From: Lingula anatina
Taxonomy: Eukaryota; Animalia; Brachiopoda
DNA length: 64,000 nt
NCBI GenBank assembly: GCA_051362555.1
Contig: CM120645.1
Span: 15,748,001-15,812,000 of the forward strand
Reading direction: 5' to 3'
Shown here piece by piece: positions 25,101 through 38,658 of this stretch (its first letter is position 1; the number at the start of each line of letters is the position of its first letter). The notes under the pieces are model-generated. The model saw only the letters and a list, made by a program, of their open reading frames with translations, was not told where the DNA came from and ran no database searches. The position numbers were made by a program, and so were the translations under genes.

Positions 25101-28100
25101 AGGGGCTGTTAGGGATGGTCAAGCCTTCATAGGTCACATCTATCTGGTGTGGACCTGGAGAGAAACACAAAGTGTTGTGAGGCACGATGGTAAAAATAAC
25201 ACAATGCAAACGAGATACCTCAAGTATTTACACTGGTTGAACAATAATATGTAAGTGGAATTTTCTTGTGCTACAAGTTAAATGTTAAAAGAAATATATT
25301 AAACATTGAATGATGGGTTTTATATTCAGATGCCTGAACTTCAATTGATCAAAGCCAATTTTCTTTTTGCTCTTACTGAATAACATTCAGTATGTTTCAA
25401 CAAGTTTATTTAATTTTAACTAAATGGCAAACAATATAATTTTTATAATTTATTAATACCTACCTTTCTCATATGGTGTGTAGCTGACTCTGTAAGTGCC
25501 ATCTTTGTTGTTGTTGACAACAGTGTCGTTCTTGGTTCCAGATGGATTTGTGATAATGGCGCGTACTTTGCCCTCACCAACTGGGGTGACAGAGCGAGCA
25601 TCCACTGTGAAGTCAGTGGTAGAATCCAGGAACACTCCTGAAATAAAAAAAAGAAAAGGGGCAATAAGAAATTGGTTGATGGTTTTCTTTCACATGCGGC
25701 CTAACCATGCAAAACTCAGCATGCAATTACAATTTGGATGAAATACACTGTCTACACTGCCATAAAAATATAATGCAAATCACCTTCATCATTGTAAAAC
25801 TGTAATTCAAATGTCAATATATCACTTAACAGACTGGAATTGTTTACAATTCTGAGATGAAACTTGTCAAAATTTAACTAATCATAAATGTCCGTACAAC
25901 ATTTTGGGTAAAACGGAAAGATGCTGACAGAGAACTGATACTTGGCAAGCCGAGTTGAGAAGCTCTACATTTGATATCAGAGAAAGTGTTTCAATCGTCA
26001 AAAGCAGAGCTATGTTCAAGATGCTTGCCAAGCATATCTATGGAGAAGAAACAAAATCTAAACTTTATATGGAACACAGTCTTCAAGCTAATCGGAATAA
26101 ACTTATAATATAAGAGAACAAACAATAACTGAACCAAAAAGCAAATTAGCAACACAAATGATAAACCAAAGTGAAGCAAAAAAATAAACAAGTAAAGGGA
26201 GTAAAGAGAATATATAAATTATTCAAAATTGGGGAAAAATGGGTATAAATCAACCTGAACAAAATCAAACTTTTTAACAAACTAACTTCATGCAAGAGAA
26301 AAACACCATGTGACTTCATAGACCATCTCATGTGACTATTTGGGTTCTTGAAATTAAGGGGAAAAAGGGGGTCAAAGTGTTTGGTCTGTATCTTGTGGTT
26401 GTAAAATAAATAATTATGTGAGTCTTATCTTCAAACAATTAGCTAAGGGATAGAAATCATAAAAGATGGCAGTAATATTAAACACAGGGAAAATTTTGAA
26501 ATAGAAATAATTACAGAACATATCCTCACGCTGAATAATTTTGACTCATCACAATATTTTTTAGGGATTTGAGACAAGATAAGTCCATTAAAGCAACATG
26601 ATGTAACTCGTAGATTCCTGAAACATCAAACAATTGGTTAATATCCAAAGTACATAGCAAAATATAAACAACAATGGAAATCCTTGCTTGTTATTTCTCA
26701 CAGCAGACAGTCTTTGCCATGCTTGAAATCAATCCATGCTGATGATCATCACACTATGTCATCAATTTATGCATAGAATGTCATCAATTAATGCTGATTA
26801 TGTCATCACTATATGCAAGGTTTGTCATCACTTTTTGCATAGCAGATCATCATTCAAATAACAAGGTCATCAGTCTATGATAAATCTCTCACTTCATGCT
26901 GAAGATGCCATCAGCTTATGCAACATCGCCACAAAAGGAATGATGTCATTCACCACAACATGATGTCATCAGTTTATGCCTAGCATGTCATCACTCCATG
27001 CTGACAGAGGAAGAGGTTGGTTACCAGTAGGCTGGATTCCTGGGCCGAATACTTTGACTCCACTGACATCCAGCTCAGCTTTGCCCCTGGTGATCTTGGG
27101 TTGGAAGGGCGACCCTGGCACTGGCTTATCAGCAAAAGTGACATTGATCTTGTACTCTCCGGGCTCAGTTGGAGTATATGTGACCTTGCAGGTACCATCC
27201 CCATTGTCCTGGCAGTCGATTTTGGACTCACTTGGACCCTCAACGGTCAGGCCAAGTCCGCCTGGTCCAGCTTCAGTTGTATCAATGGTGAACTCGTTGG
27301 GCTTGTCAGTTTCTCCCTTGGTCAGACCTTCACCGTACACCTTCACATTGCCAGACAAATCTGGTACCTCTTCAACTGGAGCCTGGGCCAATTCTGGAGC
27401 CAGTGGCTTCTCTTCCACTGGGGTTACTGGTTTTGGACGCTCCACAGCGTTTGTGCTAAACGGACTCTTAGGGATTTCCTGGCCTGCAAATTTGATTGCC
27501 ACACTGTGTGGGCCTTTCTCGTTTGGTGTGAAACGAGCTGCGTAGCCGTCAACGGTCTCCTCAACGACTGCAAACAGGGTTTTGCCAGTGGGAGATGTCA
27601 CAGTGACAGTGGGAGTGGCAGCAGACTTGCCAGCAGCAGCAGTAAGTATGTCAAATTCAATTTCCTCGCCAACGTAGATGGCTAAAGAGAGGTGAAAGAA
27701 CAATTTAACCTGTTCACAACTAAAAGGTAATAGCAACAAGTACTTGCAGGTAAAATTAATACAATTGTGTTATTAAAGTTATCATGATAATAATAAGGAG
27801 GATCCTTCTGCTGAGGCGTAAGTCTCTCCTGGGAAGCTGGAAGACCTGAATATAAGCACACTAAACTATAACTTTTATCAGTTTATTTTTACAGTTCTGA
27901 GATCCTGCAAAATAAATCAACAGTACACATGTGGACCTCCTCACACATTAAAAACCTAAATATAAGGATGAGAAAATGTATGAAAATCAAAAAATCAAAT
28001 CTATCTTCAACAATTTAAATTAGTACTGTTTGTTTAATGAAATCTATTTTATTCACCAATTCTATATAAAAACCAGTCACAGGAACAACCCCTTTGTATT

Positions 28101-31100
28101 CTCTTTGTATCCAAATATCCACTTACACAGTTTATCACAAGCATCAGTATCATATTATAAAGATTTAAAAAAACACCAACTGTTCAAAGACAATATAAGT
28201 GCAAAACTTAAAATAGATACAAGAAGTCTGTATGTATATCAATATCATTATAGTAAACAAACGTAACGTATCCACTTACTATCATCCAGTCCATCCACAG
28301 TGACCTTGCTGACATCAATACTTGGGATGACATCCACTTTGATAGGACTGGTGGGGATCTCCTGCTCAGCAAAGAACACACTGACAGTATATGTGCCCAC
28401 AGACTTGGGTTCATACTCAATGGTGAAGGTACCGTCGCCATTGTCCAGGGTGTTCACTGGCACGTCCAGTCCCTTCTCGTCGGTCAGGGCAATAGCCACA
28501 TCACCTATAGGAGATGAGGATGGGATTTAAGAAGACTGAGACTAATATTCTGTTTTTTATTGCAAGGTATTATTATTATTTTAAAAAAGGCATTTCTTAC
28601 TATACAAAACCAGCGATTGAATCAGAAAATAACCAGGACCCTTTTCATAAAACAAATCAAGTCAATAACTGGTATTGGAAGTCTTCTAATAATTCTGAGC
28701 CCACTTAATTTTTGTTTCTCAAAGAATCTTCAGGGTCGTTCATCTGTTATTATCACTATTTTTTCAGTTCTTTATATATATATATTTAAAAATAAGATGA
28801 GAAATCTAATCAAGCATCAATCAAAATGTTCCTAGAACATTGTAAAATGAAAAAAAGTCACACCGTAATCTATCAGTGCTGGCCACTGTGGTAGCTTTAC
28901 CTGGTCCAGCTTCCTTGCAGTCCACAATGAAGTGGGTCTTTTCAAAGGTCTTGACCCCCTTGGACACACCAGGTCCATATACCTTCACCTTGGATGGGTT
29001 GCTGGGCTCCTTTACATAGACCTGAAGGAGATAAAAAAATTATGAGGTAAAATCTGCATTTGATCACCATGAGGTCAAAAATTGTTTAAAAAATATCCAA
29101 TTTGGAACACAAATGTCACAAAGATAAACATATAGCACAGGGATCTTTATTTGGCCACAGAATTTGAAATTCATAACCTTATATAACAAATGTTAAAAAT
29201 AAACTAGATGAAGAAGCCCAATTTTAAATAATATCTTACCCTGTATGGGCTGTTAGGAATATTACATCCACCAAACACAACAAAGATGGTGTGTTTGACA
29301 AACTTCTTGGGCATGTATCTGCAGCTGTAGGTTCCATCCTTGTTATCCACCACCTGGACCTCCACCTCTTTGTAGTCCTTGTCGTAGCACGTGATCTTGA
29401 GAGGAGCACGGCCAGCCTTACGTGTGTCCACGGTGAACTCGGCCCATGAATTGGCAACCACACCGTCTTTCTCCAGACCTGGACCATAGGCTGTGACCTG
29501 AAGCAGAAATTGTGGGCTAGTTTATAAAATATTAAGTTACTGGAGAACTACTCAACTTTAAAACTATTTTGTATAATCTATGTATTTCAAATCTATTTTA
29601 TTACTGAGACAATCACTCAGATGTGTTATGTGCAGTATTTCTATGTATTTTTATGATATTTAGTGTTGAAACTGAAAAATGCTTTATTTAGGTTTGAAGG
29701 GGTAGCTTTAGAAAATTGTTGTTATTAAGGGTTTTATTAACGAAGTACATGTTCAATGCCATTTTTATGTTCATTTATCAGCAGAAAACACTAATCTAGT
29801 TCTCTGTGGCATTGGAAACAATGTCACTGGTAGCAAGAATAAAAACATGCCATTGGAGACAATGGTATAGAGAACTATGTCATTGGAGGCAATGATGTAG
29901 AGAATTATGTCAGTGGAGGCAATGGTATAAAATATGATGTCATTAGAGACAACGGTAAATAGATCTATGTAATTTAAGGCAATGGTATAGAAAACCTTCT
30001 CATTGGAAACAATGTTATAGAGAACTGTGTCAACAGAAGCAACTATCAAAAGAACCCTGACAATAGAGGCAATGGTATAGAATACTCTGTCATTGAAGGC
30101 AATGGCATAGAGCTGCCCCTTACCTTGGAAGCATCATACAGATCAGTCTGTGGCTGTATCTGGGCCATGTAGGGGGAGTTAGGGATATCCTCCTCATCAC
30201 AAAGAATATGGACAGCATACTCTCCTGGAGCCGTGGGCCAGTAGGTCACATCTGCTGAGCCATCTCCATTGTCCTTACAGTCTATCTTGGCCTGGGATGG
30301 GCCTTCAATTGAGAAACCTGGACAGCAGAATTGGTAAAAATTATTGAAGATATTTCAGTGATCAAAGGTTTGGACAGATACCTCAGAATCTCATATCAGC
30401 CAAGATATCATTTGCTTATGCATTTATCTAGGTCTGAGTGAGTATCAGAAACAAAAACTTGTAATAAAATAAATACCAAGATAAGGAGCAAAAATTTTAA
30501 CTACTTTAGATTACTTTTACATTCAACTAGAATGTCCCGGATGAAAGACAATCAAAGTTACTGTATTGAAGAGCACATTTCTCCATTTTTCATCAATGCA
30601 GACTGGTTACTAAGAACAGATATGTTACATTCTAATACAGAAAGGTAGCCTTCATTTTATATTACCTAGAGCACCAGTTTCTCCATTGGTCTCAACAACA
30701 AAGTCTGCAGGCATGCCACAAGTGCCGCCCTCTAGACCTGGTCCATAGGCACGGATGTTGCTCTTCTTCAATGGACCTACTTCAACCTGATCAAAATGGC
30801 AAACATGTATCCATTAATTAAATGATTAACATAAGACAAAGTATGAAAATACATGATGAAGTTTCGATAATTTTGTAAAAATTGGGTTCCTTTAGTTTAC
30901 AGCTAGTCTTTGGGCAAAAAGGTTGCTTAGTGGTCATGATTCAAACTTATCAAATTTAACAATTTACTTCAAGAAAAAAAATTGTAAAATCAAACAAACT
31001 ATTTTTTCTCAAAAATTAAGCAAATTCTTCAAATCATCTTGCAAATAATCAAATCTACCACAAACTGCTCTCCATACCTTGAATGGACTCTTAGAAATAT

Positions 31101-34100
31101 GCTGTCCACTGAACGTAATGTTGACCACATAGATTCCAATCTTCTGTGGAATATACACACACTCGTATGTGTTGTCATCTAACTTCTTCACTTTGCATGG
31201 CTCATCAATACCACCTGAAATGCACAGAGGGCACATGTTACCTTTTATTCAAAGACAATATTATTGTTTTCATGCTAAATCAAGATGGTTCTGTCAGTGC
31301 TACCTAAAATACATAGAGATCTTAGCACTGCAGCCCCCAGTTTCACATAAAAAATCAAGTCAGTTGTCCGGCTTAGTTGACTTGGATTTCCATGAGAGCT
31401 CTGTAGCACTGTTCCTGCTAGGGTAAAGTGCGAGTTCACGTGAGGTAATGTTAGTAAGTAAGTTTTTCACTTGGGAACTGGACTCATTGTTTTTTTTTTT
31501 GTGAAACCTGGGCCAGGACTAAAATCAGACTGAACAATGAATAAGAATAATAACATTCCTGAAATATCTAATCATCATTCTTCAATTTACTAATAATATA
31601 TAGAAAAAATAATGAAAAAAAGACCCACTTACCTGGTCCTACGACCTGTACTTTAAGCTCTCCCTTTCCAGCATCCTTGGTGTGTACCTTGAAATCAGCA
31701 TGGTCCTTGACACGGACACCCTTGGGCTGGATACCACGTCCTGTGGCATAGCATTTCTTGGGCTCCACAGCTGGAATATGGAAGATTAATATGTACATAA
31801 AAGATATATATATCTTTTCTTTATGAGTATCAATTAATAAATAAAAAAGAATGTAACTTATCACCCTGATTCTAAAAAAATGTGTAAAATTGAAATAATT
31901 AATAAATAAATCTAAAAATAATAATAATAAAAGTGTGATAACAGCATACTAAAACTAATAGCAATAAAAACTAAATATCTGCATATCTCTTCCTAAATGT
32001 CTTGGAGGTTCCTTTTCAGTTCTTACAAATAAATAATATGCAACATTACTCTAATTTATGCACTTTTCTTACAAACAATAATTCATTCTTCAAGCCTTAT
32101 GTATATGACATCATGGACACAAGACAAAAATGTATTATAATAATTGCTATCTAGGGTTTCTGCAATCACTGGGCAATCAAAACTAAAATATTTATATCAC
32201 AAAATCAAGCATTCACAGGCAATTTCAAATTTTCCACAAGGGGGTATGATCAAATCCAAAATTTATTTTAAAAAAACTAGATGCTATAATTTGATGTTTA
32301 ATTTAGATCAATGTACAATCAAGATTTTTATATTTCAAAGGTCTAAAAGATCAACAAATGATTATCCACAAATGGTTTGTAAACCACTCTAATACACAGA
32401 TATGTATAATTTGATACTGTATAACGGTCACGACATAATATGCCATTAACAATGTTTTTACAATCATAATATTATTGTTATCGTCAATATTCTTATATCA
32501 CATTAATGGTTAATTAATAGGTTTAATTGTCAAAATCTAAAGCAAACTATTTCCATACACTATCTGTTCATTTGTTGGGTTACAGAATTTTCACATTGCA
32601 CTTTTCTCACACATCTAGGTTAAATAAATCATTAATAATCAACTAAGTGAATAGTTCAATATGATGTATTAAGTTTTTGATCACTATAAGTGGTATGTGT
32701 TCAAATGGAAAATATTAGGAAAAAATGTTCCACAGAAAAAAATGGATTTTTGTTCCTCTTTTGGTGGGAAAAAAATCCACCAATGAATATTACAGTCACA
32801 ATGGATGATCATTACTGATTTTATGATTCCAAAAATGTTTTAATTAGGCAAAATGTCTCAAAGATAAAGGATTGCAATCTACTTTTCATTTTGGAATAAA
32901 ATGTCCACAAAAAAGTTGAAGTTTATTATTTCAAATCTTATTTCCCAAATCTAATACAGGAAAAGACATGGCATGTCCATTCTAAAAAAAATGCACGTTC
33001 AATCAAGGTTGGTGTCACACACTCATGCAGGTATGGCAAAATACTATTTATCTCAAATTTGTTTTGGGTTAGATTAGAAAATCACTATCATGGCTCTGGG
33101 CTCATTTTTATCTCATTCAAAAATAGGTGAAGATTGAAATTAACAACAAAAAAATTGATTTAATGAAGAAAGGAAGCATGAAATCGTGAAACAAGAGGTT
33201 ATTTACATAGGGGTGAAGATTTGAATTTATGGAAGTTGGATTTAAGAGAGAGAAAAAAACATTAAATCATGAATAATGTAATCATGGAAATTGTACAGAG
33301 GGTTTGATTAAAAGATGGATTGATTAATCACATTATAACAGTACAACTACGAACAAAAATCGATTATTTTATCAACTGGACTATATCTTTCTTAGTCAAG
33401 CATTGCTTCACAATTCACTGACAGGGCACAATTTGTGAAGCACTGCCTGAAAAATCTAAAGACAAGTTGAAATTCAGGACAAAATATATGTAGGAAAATA
33501 GGTTGAATATGTCAAAAAAGCACTGAAAATTGGTGCATCAGCTATGTCAACTGTGAAGTGAATTTAAAATGGAAAGCTGGTGATATTTTATAGGTCATAA
33601 AGGCAACCTTATATGTATATATACTACCTGGAGGAGCTGAGAAATAAAAATAAGATTTTTTTTCAAAATGATTTCAACATAAACAAGACGAAATACAAAA
33701 GGTGTCCCACAAAACAAGCTAAAACAATAAACACAACAAACAACAAATAAGAGTGATATTTAAATCGGTTTCCAAAACATTAATATTCAATAATGCTGGT
33801 CAAATCCAAATAAGTGTCTCTATGCAAAATTGTATGCAATAGCAATTACTTTTAAAACATACTACAAAACATACTAGAGGTATAGAAATTTAAGTTTATG
33901 AACGGGATTGTCACAAATTTAGTAAACAATACTGTTAGAAATGCATAAAAATTCAAATGGACAGCACTATAGGCAATTCTTACTACAAGCCAATATCATC
34001 AATAAAAGTATGTCAATACAATCATGAGTTCAGATGAAAATAATTAGGTCAGTCTGACCCAATTATAATTGTAATTGGGTTATTGTGATCTAGTTACTGA

Positions 34101-37100
34101 AATAAATAAGTCAATAATGACCACTTGACAAAAGTATCACACACCTGCACAAGTGCACATAATACCATCCAAAAACCATTTCATGTGGTCTTCATTGGTC
34201 CAATCCTCTATTTGCTTTTGTTGTTTTAAGTCAGTCAGCAATATACTGGGATCAATTTTTTCATCAAGATTCAAATATCTATAACCATTTCGTGCATTCG
34301 TTACATAAGAGTATACAATCCCAACATGTACGTGTACTACGGTGAAAACTGTCAAGTGATCAATCATTGACCTTGATAACAAATTAATTAGGTCAGCATG
34401 ACCTAGTTACCAAAGGAGGTCACCTTGCCCAATTTTCTACATTTTTTAAAAACACTTACGTGGTGCCACATTGACAGTGAATGGGCTCTTGGGAATGGGC
34501 TTGCCAGCAAACAACACATTGACAGTGTGGACGCCTGACTCCTTGGGTGTGTATTCCACATAGAATGTCTCCTCAGTTTTGGCAGTGATGCTTGGTTTCA
34601 CGGTGTCCTTGTGACCATGTGGGTCAACAATGCTGACCTCTACATTGCCCTTGCCTGCACCTAAGTAGCACACAGGAAAATTCATCAAAAATTGAATTCA
34701 AAATCCCAAATGAGAATTATGAAGCAAGATAAAAAATATATGAATTTATCAAAAATAGTAGGTGTAATTCTAATTGGGCTAATCAGAGTTTGAAAATAGA
34801 GCACAATATCATACAAATGGAAAAAAAAGTACTACTTTGTAAAAGATCAGACATATTGTTCTTTAAACGTAAGTCATACAAACCAAGTGATAAAGCAAGA
34901 TACCTTTAGTGAAGACCTCAAAGAATGTTTTCCTGGTTGCCATGACACCAGTTTTCTCCAGACCTGGACCTGCGGCGGAGCATTTACTGGCATCGCCTGC
35001 AGCGCCCTCTACAGACACCTCGAATGGAGACTTGGGGATCTCTTTTGATGCAAATTTGACGATCACCTGAAGCACAATAAATCTTACAATGAATCACTAT
35101 AAGCAATAGAAAGGTACAATTTCAATTGTGACATTTCTTATCCAATTACGGGATTGATATTTTGCCTTTAAAGTGTAAATAAGTATACATCACTTTGTAG
35201 TATATTTTTCTTAATTAGAAATAAAATGTTACTTCAACATTCAAATGGGACTAATTCATGTAACATGACAACTATTTAACATCAATTTTCAACTATGAAT
35301 ATTTGTATAAAGTCATATAAAAATAAATTACAATAAAAATAAATTTCTCAATGAATAAAAAATGGGACTTCTATGTAGCTAACTAACCGGTGATGCACTT
35401 GTGTCGAAACGTTTATATTTGTACGACTTTTTGTTCTATATACAAAACAGCAGATTCAGTTAATGGCAACATTCTACAGGGCAAACACCACCATTAAAAG
35501 AATTTTGTCAATACTATTGTGAGGCGAAAAAGACCAAACCATCTATTGAGTTTTGCAACAAGTCTGTAGTTTTCTAGTTATATCATTGCCAGTTCTACTA
35601 ACTCTGTATTTGCCCTCCATGGTAGGTGTGTAGCAGCAGGAGTAGGTCAGGTTACGGTCATTGTTGAAGACAACTTCACACTGAAATGACAGAAGAAATC
35701 CATATCATTTACTTTATTGTTGAGGTATAGCATAATTTAGGACTTGCATCTCTGTTAAATATCACAATAAATCTCAAAAATCAGTTGTGTTTCTAGATGG
35801 ATGAACTGAAAAGAGAAAAAAAACACCAGTTTGATGACAACTTCATTCACGTTCAACTTTTTTGAAAATCATATTCCACATGAACCTTCACTCATGACAA
35901 AGTTTATACAAAATCATTGAAGAAAACTTTTCCTGGTCTTTTTGGACCACCAACAAAGTTGTCATCATACACATTTTTTTTTTTTATATCCATACTTCGT
36001 CCATGTCAGGACCATCAAATATGGAAATAGATGGCAGCAGTGTACTCGACAGTCTACTCAGTCTCTGGCTTCTATCCATCTCTAAGCCTTCCCACGCGAA
36101 ATTTCTAGGAAATCCTACAAAAAAGTTATGACCCAGAACCACGAAACTCTATCATCTTTTGGTCAGAGAAGATGAGTGGTTTTATCCGCTGTAGCGTATC
36201 CAGGTATTTAATAGTCCACTTAAGATGAAAGAGCAAACCTTGCAACTAGCCAGCCAGAGCAATGCACATTAATAAAAGTCCCTTTTATAATGAATTGTGG
36301 TGAACAGCATAATATAAGACACGTCTTCACTAATCCAAGTTCCACACACAGCCATGTTATATGGAAAATGTTAACATCTTATGAGTGAACATAATGTCAC
36401 ACATACAATGTCATTACTATCCCACTGCAAAAACACCTTCTGAAGAGTATAGTTGGTTGCCAATGAACAGCGAATGAGTATTTGGATCATATTAATTACA
36501 TAAGTTATTCCCTGGGCACTAGTAAGACAATCCAGCAAGCAGCAAGGCTAAATAAGCTAGATGGTATATGTACATGTAAGAACTGAGGCTAGACATGTTT
36601 CCTCCAGCATCCAAAGAAATGGCAAACACAACTTTATAGTACATTGTGTCAATGCTTTGACACTGCCACTAATTTGATTTGGTCTTAAGAGTAACAAATA
36701 CAATGAATAACTGTCTCTCAATGAAACAGGTACTACAGACCTATAGGCTTGTATGTAGTACAGTCATTCACTGTGAGAAAAACGTATGGTTATTTTTCCT
36801 CGTCAGGCCATCACGTAACACAGTGCACTTCAAATTTCGTTTAACAAATCACGAGTGGTAAATGAAGTGCATTCTTTGTCAGGCTAGACACTGAAAAATG
36901 ATGACCTATTTCCAGAAAAGAGTTCTTTCATGATAACGCATATACCAGTTCCTTTCCTATGAAAAAGGTAACAGCTAGTATGTGCTTGACTATAACTTTA
37001 CAGGACCATTTGCATGATGGAAGAAAATTATTAAAAACACACAAACAGAATACCTACGAAAAGATCAGGCGACAAGTAGCAGGTATTCTTAAAACAACCA

Positions 37101-38599
37101 CTGCTTCCTGTTCATTTTCAGTGTCATCAGTTAATCCTGCTCAAGGCATGTCAGCCAAAGAAACAATTTTTCTATCACAATATAGCCAGATCACATACTG
37201 ACATTTAGGTTACTGGGCTTGATAGGGGCAAAAAAAAAAATGCACGGACACATTTGTTTCACTGAAACCTGGAAATAAATTGCACCACTGGCTAAAATGT
37301 CTTTCTCTGAGCTTCCCAGAGAAACTGTGGTGAGAGTATTTTGTGAGAAAATGCCCTCTCCTCATATTACATGTTTTGCCTGTAACTTCAAGGCAAACAA
37401 ACCCTCAAGAAACAATGGGAGCAAAAGTTTCAACCTTAATGAAAGCAATGCAACAATATAAAATCACAATGGTGAGAAATACAGAAGTAAAAGTGGGCCT
37501 TTGAAAAAATGCAAGCATGGAAGGTCTTTGCTGCTTTAAATCATGGCTGCAGCATCCAAATATCCAGATTTCCTAATAAAAATCGAAAGACTTTCATATC
37601 TAGAAATAAACCATCATGCAGCTATCAGTTCTGGCAGCTATATTCCATGCCAGCTGATAAAAAACCACACTTGGACTGAATGACTACATGCTTTGGACCC
37701 TATATGACTGGATACAGTATTCTCATTTATTATGTCAGTGTTTTACTACCTAGAATGAACTGACTCAGATTGTTAAAGCTGTGCACTTTGAGATTACACA
37801 AATTTAAACAATGATCTTGTATTGACATATGAATAAAAGTAGGTAAAACAATATCCTTTTAGAAGAAAAAAATACAAGCATAATTGTTCTCAGCAAAAAT
37901 ATGAAATTACAGACATATCAATATAGTCAGCTTTAGGCTTTTAATATGTCAAAACAAAATAAATAATATATTCTTAATACCATGCATGTTCTTTTGTCAG
38001 TGCTTTATACTCACAGGTTCTTGAGCACCCTTAGGATTGAGGATGATCACTTCCACAGTGCCTCTGCCAGCACTGAATGTTTCTACTGTGAATCTGGCTG
38101 GAGCTCCAACAGAGTTGCCAGTGGGCTCAATACCTTAATTGAAAAGGAACAACTTTTAATAACAAAAGTTTTACTGACACAAAACTACTGTTTTACTGAC
38201 ACATTCAAGTGTTATACAGAATGTTAAAAATTTTATACATTTTCATTTTCTCAGTGAATGAAATTAAAAGACGTGATAGTATCAAACATATCAATATTCC
38301 GATATTTCTCATCAATGGAATCCACAATACAATACGGATGCCTTTTTTTCCTGAGTTACTTCATTCCATTTTTAATAAAAAAAAATTTTTATAATTTCTT
38401 TTATTTCACTAGCTATCCTTTTTATATCATTTTGTTCACATGTCTCACCTGGTCCATAAGCCCTCACTCTGGCTGGGTTAGTTCTTGGTCTCACTGGAGC
38501 TCCTGGCTTCAGCTTGGCATTAGGGAACTGAGAGAGGTAGGTCATCATACTGAGATCATCTACCTTAGGGTTACACATCTCAGCTGGCTTGATCAACTG

Positions 38600-38658
<59 letters not shown>

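Noticed and set aside
26976-27685. Long plus-strand ORFs of 189 and 222 aa
   Set aside because: Antisense shadows of the 657-nt filamin exon; no independent motifs
29851-30120. CRISPR-like periodicity
   Set aside because: Degenerate contiguous tandem units with no unique spacers, in a eukaryotic intron with no cas genes
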